A stretch of 64,000 bases of DNA from Candidatus Cloacimonadales bacterium (GTDB lineage: Bacteria > Cloacimonadota > Cloacimonadia > Cloacimonadales > JAIOQZ01), in contig OY771587.1 of the NCBI GenBank assembly GCA_963674825.1, positions 2,944,001-3,008,000 of the forward strand, given 5' to 3'. Below the pieces are notes generated by a model that did not search any database, was not told the origin of the DNA, and saw only the letters and a program-made list of their open reading frames with translations. Both the position numbers and the translations under genes were made by a program. This document shows, piece after piece, positions 19,566 to 28,503 of the stretch. Within the stretch, counting starts at the first letter, position 1. Every line of letters starts with the position of its first letter.

Positions 19566-19970
19566 TTAGGTTCCCGAAGGATCGGTTGGAGGTGTGCTTG
19601 GCACCCAATCTCGAAGGTCGCAAGTACCAACATTGAAAGGTGGAGAACTCCAGTTAGTGAAGTGGTTTGAACACGAGTCTGTTTTCATCGGATTATCATT
19701 TCTCCTGCACGTGCAAACTACGGTAATGGGCGTTGTCGCACTAGCGCTCGGTAGTCCTTCGGCAACATACCTACCTCCAATATCGTCACCAATGTTAGCA
19801 ACCCATTGAATGTAGGCTTGTGCAATCGGGAATGAATTCCCTTCCACATAGACTTTCATTATCCCTGATGCATTATCATTGGGGGCGTAGTATATGTTGA
19901 CATAGTAAACTGCTCCCATGAGGGTGCAGGCGACTACGATCATGATCAGTGTGATGAGTGCGTGTTTCAT
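19566..19970 (-). CDS. Small secreted protein (134 aa), Cys-containing, Pro-rich tail
   Basis: AGGAGG RBS; signal peptide MKHALITLIMIVVACTLMG. Confidence 0.75.
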   Translation of the reverse strand: MKHALITLIMIVVACTLMGAVYYVNIYYAPNDNASGIMKVYVEGNSFPIAQAYIQWVANIGDDIGGRYVAEGLPSASATTPITVVCTCRRNDNPMKTDSCSNHFTNWSSPPFNVGTCDLRDWVPSTPPTDPSGT

Positions 19971-20247
19971 AAATCCTCCTTTTCGTTTTGTTGTTGGTGA
20001 CACGCAAACGAAATGAGGTTATGTGAATTTGTTTTGCCCCAGAGAGAAAATGTCAAGCAGAAAGTGGATGTAACAAGTGTAGCATCGACGATTATGATAT
20101 CCTTCTATTTCTAACTGGGGGGGCATATGACATCCTATATGTTACAATATTTGAATGATTATAATTCGTTTGTCAAGAAATATATTTAATATTTATTATT
20201 CGAGTTGGTCGGATTTGGTGCTTCAGATGTGGCGGGGTTTATAAACT

Positions 20248-20280
20248 AAAAAACGGGACAAGCCGTGGCTTATCCCGTTT
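20248..20280 (-). terminator. Rho-independent terminator
   Basis: aaaaaa-cgggacaagcc-gt-ggcttatcccg-ttt; U-run on the minus strand. Confidence 0.75.
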
Positions 20281-20295
20281 AGAATGCATATTATA

Positions 20296-20409
20296 GTATA
20301 TTCGCTAATATGAATTCGCTATGCGGAATCTGACGATCCACTTTCGCTATTTCGCTTCGCGAAAGGCTTTCGTTCGACCATTTCGTTTTGGCTACGCCAA
20401 ATACGAAAT
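20296..20409 (-). repeat. Mosaic hairpin element, copy 1
   Basis: Reverse complement shares modules with 43425-43538, including an exact 18-mer cgaaatagcgaaagtgga. Confidence 0.75.
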
Positions 20410-20455
20410 TATTATACTCTCCCCATCCATCAGATGATCTTGTGACTTGATGTCA

Positions 20456-21967
20456 CTATTTTAGCATCATCAGCTTGCCGATGGATTCGGATGAGCCTTT
20501 GCTGTTTTGCTGCTTTACGCGGCAGAGATAAACACCGGTTGAAAGGCCTTCAGCGTTCCACTCGAGTTTCTGGGTGCCTTGTTCAAGACGTCCCATGTCG
20601 CGCTTCAAGACGCGCTGTCCCTTCACGTTGTAGATTTCCACCGTAACATCCGATTGTTCCGCGAGGAAGAAGCGAATTTCGGTGCTGGGATTGAAGGGGT
20701 TGGGGTATGCTTGCGGCTTGATCTGGTTGACCGCGACGGTCTCGTCTTCGATGCCGGTTGTGTCGAAGAGATCGTCGATGAGGAACGTGGATTGCGTCTC
20801 GCCGTACGCGGGTGATCCCGACTGCGCAGAAGCGAAAGTGAGAACGCGCGTAACGCTGTTGTAGCGCATGGCGTGAACGTTGGTCGAGATACCCGCCGCG
20901 CCGGAAAGTAGATCCCAACTGCGGTAGTCGGTCATCTCGGTAGAGACTTCCAGCGAATCCACGATATGGGCATAACGATAGCAATATATTGGTTCGTACA
21001 GCGTGCGGAAATGGTTGGTTGCGGCGAGGTTATCGCCTGCAATTTCTGTGTTGTCGTTCACGTCGCGAACGGATACGCCGGCAGCGTTATTGTTCTCGAT
21101 CACGATTGGCAGATGGTCGCCATCCAGCGATACATGCACAATGGTTCCAATAGCGCGTCTGCGATCTTCTACCGCCTGCACGATATCCTGCGGGGTCTGT
21201 TCGCCGTCGCCGTCGTAGTCGATCTTCTCGATACCGTTACGCAGTGTCAGCATAATGGGATAGAAGCCGCCTGTATCGTTATTGTTGTGGTAGTTACCCA
21301 TATTCAGGAAGGTGGTCAGGCCGTTCTCGTTGATTGCGGAGAGTCCGCCGAACACACCCGGGAATGTGATGGAAATCCAGTCTTGCTCATCTTCTTCAGA
21401 GGGAAGAGAGACCAGAACCAACGGGTTACGGAACAATGAGGCGTTGGTCGCCCAGTCCATCATGCGGGTGATGACCAGTCCGCCTAGCAATTCGGGATCG
21501 TTTTCAGTGCTAGTACCCCAGGATGAGATACTCGAGCAGGCAAACATATCCGCCGGGAAGCGGACCGAATTGCTGAGATCGATCAGCGCGTTCGCCATCA
21601 GGATGTCGGTAGCGTCGAGTTCCCTTCCGAGTGGTTCGAAATACATATCAACGCCGGAATCGTTCGCACCTTCAATCATTCCTTCGGCTTCGGTTTGATA
21701 TTCGCTATCGACAACGAAAGCCGCTTGATAGATGGCACGCGCCTGATTGTAATAAGCTGGGTTGCCATAGCAGGCATAGTTGAACATGTAGTTTTCGAAA
21801 ACGTCGAGGAAGGCGTCTGCGAGGAAATATCCCTGAGCATAGCCACGATCGTGATGAGTACCCCATACGCGCAGCACAGTGCGTCCATCAACTTCCCACA
21901 TCTGACCGTTTTGGGCAAGAAGGGAGGTGATGCATAAAATAAAAATCCAGAATGCGAGCTTTTTCAT
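20456..21967 (-). CDS. C45/acid-ceramidase-like Ntn cysteine hydrolase with T9SS/FlgD-like CTD
   Basis: Signal peptide; autoproteolytic site ACSS; RMMDW, SAINENG, ATNHF; CTD AYPNPFNPST..IYNVKGQ..KLMMLK. Confidence 0.8.
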   Translation of the reverse strand: MKKLAFWIFILCITSLLAQNGQMWEVDGRTVLRVWGTHHDRGYAQGYFLADAFLDVFENYMFNYACYGNPAYYNQARAIYQAAFVVDSEYQTEAEGMIEGANDSGVDMYFEPLGRELDATDILMANALIDLSNSVRFPADMFACSSISSWGTSTENDPELLGGLVITRMMDWATNASLFRNPLVLVSLPSEEDEQDWISITFPGVFGGLSAINENGLTTFLNMGNYHNNNDTGGFYPIMLTLRNGIEKIDYDGDGEQTPQDIVQAVEDRRRAIGTIVHVSLDGDHLPIVIENNNAAGVSVRDVNDNTEIAGDNLAATNHFRTLYEPIYCYRYAHIVDSLEVSTEMTDYRSWDLLSGAAGISTNVHAMRYNSVTRVLTFASAQSGSPAYGETQSTFLIDDLFDTTGIEDETVAVNQIKPQAYPNPFNPSTEIRFFLAEQSDVTVEIYNVKGQRVLKRDMGRLEQGTQKLEWNAEGLSTGVYLCRVKQQNSKGSSESIGKLMMLK

Positions 21968-22521
21968 ATAAACTCCTTTTGTAATGGAATCAGGTAATCA
22001 GCGTGAAGAACACGGTAGTGAGGGTGGTATAGTTTGCGGTAGGTTCGGCTGTGGTGAAACAATGGATTTTCGAGCTCGAATGCTTCCTCAATCTCCCGTG
22101 CCTGCTCTTCAAAGAACTGCAATTCCCTGTGTTCACTATATAAAATAGTTGAAATTTCTGTCCACATTTTTCGCCAGTGAATTAGTTCGACCGGTGGCGG
22201 TACGTTCGCGCTCTCCACGAATGCGTGTAGAAAGGCGTCCAGCTCTATATTGCCGTTTGTGATTGCATGCAGATTCACTCTGGAATATTTACCACGCCAC
22301 CCGATATCCTCGATCATGGGAAGATCCTCCTGAGACGGCTCACCTTGCATGCTCAGCAGCTCATGCATTAAGAACTGCTTCGCGGATTCGAGATCGTTTA
22401 CCATATGACCGGGGCCGAAAGCGCCTTGATAGAAGAGCTTGTAGTAATCGAACAGTTCGGCCTTGGGGCGTAGGCTATGTTCATGCCGTATTAGCTTGAT
22501 CACTTTTTCTCGTGTCGTCAT
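21964..22521 (-). CDS. Conserved hypothetical protein
   Basis: YKLFYQGAFGPGH and HHS..YR..YHPHYRV motifs; coupled within the operon. Confidence 0.7.
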   Translation of the reverse strand: MTTREKVIKLIRHEHSLRPKAELFDYYKLFYQGAFGPGHMVNDLESAKQFLMHELLSMQGEPSQEDLPMIEDIGWRGKYSRVNLHAITNGNIELDAFLHAFVESANVPPPVELIHWRKMWTEISTILYSEHRELQFFEEQAREIEEAFELENPLFHHSRTYRKLYHPHYRVLHADYLIPLQKEFI

Positions 22522-22524
22522 ACT

Positions 22525-24003
22525 TTATGCCTTGTACACAGTTTCATTGCGCTTGATGACACGTTGAATGGATGCATCCGGGGTTCCGATCTCTCCGCTG
22601 AGGCAGGTCATATCCGCCTGATAGCCGGGCTTGAGAAGCCCGAGGCGGTCTCCTGCACCGATCATCTTCGGCGGGTTCACCGTGAAAAGCTGTGTTGCCT
22701 GATCGAGGGTAAGTCGTTCATCAGGGTTGTTGTGGTTGATCGCGCTATGGATTCCGAGAAGCATGTTTAACTCGGTGATGTACCAGTCGGTGGAGCCTGC
22801 GATGAGTATTCCACGGTCATGCATCGATTTCAGACGGTTGGTTCTTCGTGTTCGTTCAATGCCGAGTACACGCTCGTACAAATCTTCTGGTCCGCCCCAG
22901 AGCTTATCAAAGACCGGCTGCATTGCGGCGTACATGCCGAATTCGGCCATGTCGTCCAGGATTCTGTCATTGGTGAGTTCACAATGGATGACGGTGTGAT
23001 GGAGTTCTCTGGCTCGCGTCTTCCCAAGCATTTTAACCGCGTCAACGTACTGACGGATGGCTGCGTCGCCGATCGCATGAACGAAGACTTGGAGGTTGTT
23101 GTCACTGGCTTCTTGAACGAACTTCTGCCAGAAGTTGTCAGAGCGATATAGATTACCTCTTGTTTCGGGTTTGTCGGTATATGGTTTGATCAGTCCTGCG
23201 GTGTGAGAGCCGAACGAGCCGTCAACCAGGATACAACCGCCGATCCGCGATGCGCCAAGTTCCACGGCTTTTTTTACATCGAACATTTGCGGATAAAGGA
23301 AATACTCCACCGGGAAATCATCCAGATGCGATTCAAGCAGTTTATAATGAAGCGGATCGTCGAAGCTGTCGCCAACCATGGTGTGGATGGAGGTGCAGCC
23401 GGCTTTCAGTGCAAGCTCCGATGCTTGCTTGTATGCGCTCAGAACGCCTTCATCATCCAGGTTCCGATGAAACCAGTGTGCTGCGAGGTCATTATATTTA
23501 CCGCGAACCGGGTTGGCGCTGTCAGACGGCGAGTTACCGTGCCAGTCGATCTTGCGGAACGCGATAGAATTCAATGCGCAGGAATGGCCGTCCACACGAC
23601 GAAGCAACAGCGGTGTATCGGGGACGACTCGATCAAGCTCATCGACAGTCGGGAAGCGCTTTTCAATTATATGGTTCTCGTCGTAACCGGATGCGAAGAT
23701 CATGCCTCCGATGGGATTAGCCGATTCAAGAAGTTGAAAAAGCTCGTCCAGCGATTTCACGGATCGCAGATCGACGCCAAGGCTGTAGAGCCCACCCTCG
23801 AAGGAGTGGGTGTGAGCGTCGGTGAAACCTGGATAGACATGCGCTCCGCCGAGGTCGATCCATTCCGCGTCAACGCGATGGGATGGATCTGGGGTTTCGG
23901 GAAAGAGGCTCATTACTTTTCCGTACTGGGCTACAAGGACTTTCGCGATGGGAAGATCGCTGTCCATTGTGTGGAAAGTAGCGTTGTAATAAATCTTACG
24001 CAT
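22525..24003 (-). CDS. Amidohydrolase 3 (YtcJ-like) metal-dependent hydrolase
   Basis: DLGG..VYPGFTDAHTH, DGH, DGSFGSHTA, HAIGD, GSTD, G.LKPGYQAD; start MRKIYY overlaps the maf stop (TAATG). Confidence 0.9.
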   Translation of the reverse strand: MRKIYYNATFHTMDSDLPIAKVLVAQYGKVMSLFPETPDPSHRVDAEWIDLGGAHVYPGFTDAHTHSFEGGLYSLGVDLRSVKSLDELFQLLESANPIGGMIFASGYDENHIIEKRFPTVDELDRVVPDTPLLLRRVDGHSCALNSIAFRKIDWHGNSPSDSANPVRGKYNDLAAHWFHRNLDDEGVLSAYKQASELALKAGCTSIHTMVGDSFDDPLHYKLLESHLDDFPVEYFLYPQMFDVKKAVELGASRIGGCILVDGSFGSHTAGLIKPYTDKPETRGNLYRSDNFWQKFVQEASDNNLQVFVHAIGDAAIRQYVDAVKMLGKTRARELHHTVIHCELTNDRILDDMAEFGMYAAMQPVFDKLWGGPEDLYERVLGIERTRRTNRLKSMHDRGILIAGSTDWYITELNMLLGIHSAINHNNPDERLTLDQATQLFTVNPPKMIGAGDRLGLLKPGYQADMTCLSGEIGTPDASIQRVIKRNETVYKA

Positions 24004-24590
24004 TATTCGGTTCCGAGGAGTTGATGCAGCATTTTCTGGAACAGGTGTACCGGAAAGCCCATCACGTTGAAATAACATCCGTTGAGTTTGCTGATGAACT
24101 GGCTTCCGTATCCCTGGATTCCATAAGCTCCGGCCTTGTCGAACGGCTCCTGTGTCTCCAGGTACTGCTGGATTTCGGTGTCGGAGAGCTCTTTGAAGGT
24201 TACGCTGGTGCGTTCGCAGTCGTAAACTTCCCGTATGCCGCGAGTGACGCATACACCTGTATAGACTGAATGGGTATTGCCGGAAAGCCGTTTCAAGTAT
24301 TCGACAGCCTGGTCGGTTGAAATGGGCTTGTTCAGGATTTCGCCGTCTAGATAGACGATGGTGTCAGCGGCTACGACGATGCAATCTGGATCCATGATAC
24401 GCGCGACAGCCTCTGCTTTCTCTCGGGCGTGTCCGATCGCGGATCTGCGAGGCTGTTTATAGACGATGGTTTCGTCGATATGGGATGGGTGGATCAGTGT
24501 TTTGACGCCGATCATTTCGAAGATGGTCTTTCTGCGAGGCGATGCCGATGCCAGCACGACCTTTCGACCTTCGAGTAGTGTGTGTATCAT
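24003..24590 (-). CDS. maf: Maf family nucleoside triphosphate pyrophosphatase
   Basis: LASASPRR, AADTIV, KP, DKAGAYGIQG, NVMGFP. Confidence 0.95.
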   Translation of the reverse strand: MIHTLLEGRKVVLASASPRRKTIFEMIGVKTLIHPSHIDETIVYKQPRRSAIGHAREKAEAVARIMDPDCIVVAADTIVYLDGEILNKPISTDQAVEYLKRLSGNTHSVYTGVCVTRGIREVYDCERTSVTFKELSDTEIQQYLETQEPFDKAGAYGIQGYGSQFISKLNGCYFNVMGFPVHLFQKMLHQLLGTE

Positions 24591-24591
24591 A

Positions 24592-25890
24592 TTATAATCT
24601 CATTAGTTTGGCTAATTTATCCTTGAGAAAATTGAGGTTGATGAACTTCTGCTCCCGTACGGACATGATAATCAAAATGATTCCTACGATTCCGAGCAGG
24701 ATGTTGGCCATCCACATGGATAGCAGGGGAGAGAGGAAACCGCGATCCGCCAGCTCTTCACCGCCGATAAGCGCGATATAATAGACCAGGAACACGAATG
24801 AACTGACTGAGAACGACATCCCGACACCGCTTGTGCGAGTCATCATTCCGACAGGTGCACCGACCAATACGAAGATCAGGCAGGCGAAGGCGATCGCTGT
24901 TTTCTTGTATATCTCCACCTCGAAAACGCGGATATCCTTCTTCATATCCTCGATCTTGTTGAGCTTGATGTTGAGCAGGTTGCGGCTCTTCTTCAACTCC
25001 TTGATGTTCTCATCTGTTTTTGGTGCATCTTCCTGCGCCGTGATATCTTTGCGTATGCTTTCGATATCGGCGTGAGTCTGTTCGATCTCTGTCTGGCGGC
25101 TGACGATCTGCTCTTTCATCTCTTTGGTGCTCAGCTCGCGATCGCCGCGATATTCTGTACTGACCTCCTGCTGCGAGAAGCCGAGGTCGGGGATATTGAG
25201 CACGAAGCGTTTGAATGTACGGACTTCATAGCGATCGTTGTCTGTGGCGTCGATGACGTGCATCTCGCCGTTGAAGAGGGTAGCCTGAAGGCTGTTTCCG
25301 CCGTTGGAGAGCTGGATGATTCCGCGCTCGGCCGTGATGGTCTGCGGGAATTTTCGATCTTCCTGATTGTAGATAATGATGCCCAGCATCTCGTCGCCGG
25401 CGTGTTCTTTCACGTAAATAGTGTAATTTTTCAGCTCGGTGAAAACGCCCGGCTTCAGCACGGAAATAGGACGTCGCGCGTTGGCTTTAATATACATGTT
25501 TTTGAGCTCGTGATTTGCCTCGGGCAGCACGCGATCGTTGAAATAGATCATGAAGATGGATAGGAAAATCGCGGCGATGACAGTGGGCCTCAGTAACGTA
25601 TAGATATTGATCCCGCAGGACTTGAACGCCACCAATTCGTTATCAGTGGATAGCCTGCCAAACGACATGATTGCAGCTGTGAGTACCGACATTGGCACCG
25701 AAAGCGCTAAGATAAATGGCAGGCTCAACGTGAAAATCCAGCCAACAGTCAGGATGTCGAGATGCTTGTCGATGATCAGATTCAGCAGGTCGATCAGGTG
25801 ATCGAGAAGCAGCAGAAACGTGATCACAAGCAGTGAAACCAGGAATGGCTTCAGGTTTTCCTTCAGGATATATTTTTCCAGAATCTTCAT
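24592..25890 (-). CDS. LptF/LptG family LPS export permease
   Basis: MKILEKYI, FGRLSTDNELVAFKSCG, six TMs, GAPVG, WMANI. Confidence 0.9.
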   Translation of the reverse strand: MKILEKYILKENLKPFLVSLLVITFLLLLDHLIDLLNLIIDKHLDILTVGWIFTLSLPFILALSVPMSVLTAAIMSFGRLSTDNELVAFKSCGINIYTLLRPTVIAAIFLSIFMIYFNDRVLPEANHELKNMYIKANARRPISVLKPGVFTELKNYTIYVKEHAGDEMLGIIIYNQEDRKFPQTITAERGIIQLSNGGNSLQATLFNGEMHVIDATDNDRYEVRTFKRFVLNIPDLGFSQQEVSTEYRGDRELSTKEMKEQIVSRQTEIEQTHADIESIRKDITAQEDAPKTDENIKELKKSRNLLNIKLNKIEDMKKDIRVFEVEIYKKTAIAFACLIFVLVGAPVGMMTRTSGVGMSFSVSSFVFLVYYIALIGGEELADRGFLSPLLSMWMANILLGIVGIILIIMSVREQKFINLNFLKDKLAKLMRL

Positions 25891-26074
25891 GTTATCTATT
25901 CATACCTCATCTTAAACCGTTTACCGAAACGGGTTGGTCGCGTCAATAAAAAATGCAAATAGCCCAGAGCATTCGTTCCTCATTGTCAGACTCGTTTCTA
26001 TCTCAACAGTATGAATTATCTCAGTGCCTGGATTTTTTGAATAGCGTACTGATGATGTATAAATAAAAGAGAAT

Positions 26075-26091
26075 TGGGAACGTTTCGTGCA
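26075..26091 (+). promoter_or_regulatory. Possible sigma-54 promoter
   Basis: tgGGaacgtttcgtGCa: GG-N10-GC, about 30 nt before the ORF. Confidence 0.35.
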
Positions 26092-26119
26092 TCGCCTCGT
26101 TCTGTGGTAGTATACAGAT

Positions 26120-27103
26120 ATGAATAACCGAAATGGAAAGCAGAATATGAGGAAAACGAAACAGCGGTCGAACGTCCACATCTGGATGCACTACAATCCT
26201 GAGATCACCCGGGAAGAATGGGCTGCGAGGTTTCACAGACTGGATCATTTACGGATCCATCGTGTGTTCATCTCCGGTGATTTCACGACTGAATTGCTCG
26301 AAGTTGCTAAAAAGCATCACATAGAAATACACGCCTGTCATTCAATTCTCCAAAACAACGATCCCGAGCTGATAAATGATCGCCCGGACTGGTATATGGT
26401 CAACCGTTTAGGTGCGACAACAGCCGGTCTGCAAAACTGGCTTTGTATGAACAACCCCTTGGCGGTTAACCACGTGTACAGTCAGGTTGAGCAGCTTTGC
26501 CATATGCCTTTACTGAGCGGGATTCAGATGGATACAATTCGTTACCCGCAGCTCACGATCCAGAGCTACGATGGATCGGAAGAGCACGATGATCCGGCAG
26601 TGTCTGATTTTTGCTATTGCCCTTACTGCCGCGGTAAGTTCAAGAACAAGACCGGTATCGATCCGCTCGATATTGCGGATCCGACCAGGCATCAGCAGTG
26701 GAACCAGTTCCGCATTGATACGATCAATTATACCGTTCGGGAGATTACGCGCATCGCCAGAACATACGGAAAGGCGATAACTGCCGTGGTGCTTCCCACG
26801 CCCGAGGTTGCGCGTCACCTTGCATTCCAAGCATGGGATGAATGGGATATCGACGCCATCTACCCGGCGATGTTCAACGACTTCTTCCTGGAAGGAACCC
26901 AGTGGCTGGCTCGATGCATACACGAGAGCAAAGAGGTGGTCAGCGTCCCGATTTATGCCGGGCTGCATCTGCCGTCTTTCTCTGCCGAGATGCTCGATAT
27001 CGCACTTGACGCCTCATGGGAAGCTGCCGGAAGCGCGCTTTATGCCTTTGAGAATCTTCGCCACGAGCATGACGCGGTGCTGAGACGTAGAGGGCATTTT
27101 TAG
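26120..27103 (+). CDS. GHL10/DUF187-like glycoside hydrolase family protein
   Basis: RPDWYMVNRLG, WLC, GIQMDTIRYP, FCYCPYC..F, QAW..W; no signal peptide. Confidence 0.7.
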   Translation: MNNRNGKQNMRKTKQRSNVHIWMHYNPEITREEWAARFHRLDHLRIHRVFISGDFTTELLEVAKKHHIEIHACHSILQNNDPELINDRPDWYMVNRLGATTAGLQNWLCMNNPLAVNHVYSQVEQLCHMPLLSGIQMDTIRYPQLTIQSYDGSEEHDDPAVSDFCYCPYCRGKFKNKTGIDPLDIADPTRHQQWNQFRIDTINYTVREITRIARTYGKAITAVVLPTPEVARHLAFQAWDEWDIDAIYPAMFNDFFLEGTQWLARCIHESKEVVSVPIYAGLHLPSFSAEMLDIALDASWEAAGSALYAFENLRHEHDAVLRRRGHF

Positions 27104-27126
27104 GGACGTTACGAGTTACAAGAAAA

Positions 27127-27167
27127 ATCCCATCCCAACCTTCCCCTTTGAAAAAAGAGGAAGGAGC
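27127..27167 (+). repeat. REP-like palindrome (ccc.tccc.acc.tcccc...ggaagg family)
   Basis: tcccatcccaaccttcccctttgaaaaaagaggaaggag; resembles 32957-32992 and 43186-43225. Confidence 0.5.
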
Positions 27168-27315
27168 AGAAAGCGCTTTTTTCTTATACAAGTCACGTTG
27201 CATATTCGCCCGATCCCCTCGCGACGCCGTATAACACCACGTCTTCGAAGTGGATGAACACGGCTGCTCGGTCTCGAACGAATCTGCTGCGTGTGGTGTG
27301 GGGGGGCAAAGGGAA

Positions 27316-27367
27316 CCCAGCGCTTACGCACTGGGCTAATCATGTTGGCGAACCGCTTATGCCAGCT
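27316..27367 (+). repeat. 52-bp direct repeat, copy 1 (REP-like)
   Basis: Identical to 28320-28371; hairpin cccagcgc-ttac-gcactggg. Confidence 0.95.
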
Positions 27368-27411
27368 TTAAAATGCTTGACATCAATTCATTTTGTTGCG
27401 GATAATTCATC

Positions 27412-28272
27412 ATGGAAACAAAGCTAAAGATTATCAAGGTCAACGAGGACGAAAAGACACCGGAGGAGGTGTATAAGTATCGGGATTTCGGGAACGAGTT
27501 TCACCGGAATATGATCCTGAAGAATGAGTTCTTTTTTGCTTCGCCAGTGCTGTTTAATGATCCGTTTGATCATGATTTTCAACCTATTTTCTCTGATGAA
27601 TATGCTCGAAAGCATACAATAGGCTGTCTCACATCAGGCCTAACGGATACCGACAGAGAGAGATACATCAAACACATAAATGATCCTGAAAATATCGCTA
27701 ATATACGTGTTGAAGTAGATAAGAAACATCGTAAGGTAATAAGGGACATGTACAGAGTTTTTTGTTCTTCGACCATCAAAGATAGTATTTCGCAGTGGTC
27801 GTATTATGCTAATGCTCATAAAGGTTATTGTGTTGAAATAGATATTGGAGCCTTGGTGGCACAATGCATTTCTTCATGGGGTGGATATGATGGTTTCTTA
27901 GCGTATGGTCCGGTTATGTGTGAAGATGTTTTTCCGTCTATTCACTTTGATAAAGTAAATGATAGAAGAAATGAATTTTTTGCGCCTTTCTTTCGCAAGG
28001 CAAAAACATGGGAAAACGAAGAAGAGTATAGATTTGTCTACCGCAGGGTAAGTGAGAAACCGACTCCCTCATATTTTATGGTGAATGATCAATTTGATGA
28101 GAACAGCATCATCACTGCTGTCTACTTCGGTTGCCGTTACAAAGAAAATGACGATTATGAGAACACAGTACAGCCAATCATCGACGCATGCAGACGGCGC
28201 AATATACCGATTTACGTCGCGTATCCAAATGACAGGGCGTACAAGCTGGATTTCCGGCCGCTGGAAGACTGA
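27412..28272 (+). CDS. DUF2971-like protein
   Basis: VYKYR, FASP..FNDPFD, CSS....QWSYYANAHKGYC, K...WENEEEYR, VYFG; own TTGACA-18-GATAAT promoter near 27378. Confidence 0.85.
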   Translation: METKLKIIKVNEDEKTPEEVYKYRDFGNEFHRNMILKNEFFFASPVLFNDPFDHDFQPIFSDEYARKHTIGCLTSGLTDTDRERYIKHINDPENIANIRVEVDKKHRKVIRDMYRVFCSSTIKDSISQWSYYANAHKGYCVEIDIGALVAQCISSWGGYDGFLAYGPVMCEDVFPSIHFDKVNDRRNEFFAPFFRKAKTWENEEEYRFVYRRVSEKPTPSYFMVNDQFDENSIITAVYFGCRYKENDDYENTVQPIIDACRRRNIPIYVAYPNDRAYKLDFRPLED

Positions 28273-28319
28273 TCCAGTTTAGCTCGCCGGAGGTCGAGCG
28301 CTGCGAAGCGCATAGAGAC

Positions 28320-28371
28320 CCCAGCGCTTACGCACTGGGCTAATCATGTTGGCGAACCGCTTATGCCAGCT
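28320..28371 (+). repeat. 52-bp direct repeat, copy 2, inside a longer fold-back element (about 28273-28378)
   Basis: Identical to 27316-27367; flanks tccagtttagctcgc / gccagctcggctgga are imperfect inverted repeats. Confidence 0.95.
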
Positions 28372-28503
28372 CGGCTGGAAATTGGGATGAGAGATATTCG
28401 CGGAGATGGTTGGGGTATGCGTGCTCAAAAACTTTCTATTGACAATCCCAGGCTGAAAAGTCAAATGAATAACCTACACCAATTGTAATCACAGGAGTAA
28501 GAT

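Noticed and set aside
24004..24252. 83-aa N-terminal extension of the amidohydrolase in the ORF track
   Set aside because: Overlaps maf in another frame; the family-like sequence starts at MRKIYY (24003)
27316..28371. 52-bp repeats as a CRISPR array or integron attC sites
   Set aside because: Only two copies about 1 kb apart; no cas or intI gene; no RYYYAAC/GTTRRRY ends
28372..28503. T-box or attenuator upstream of gltX
   Set aside because: No T-box consensus or terminator/antiterminator; the nearby structure is explained by the repeat element
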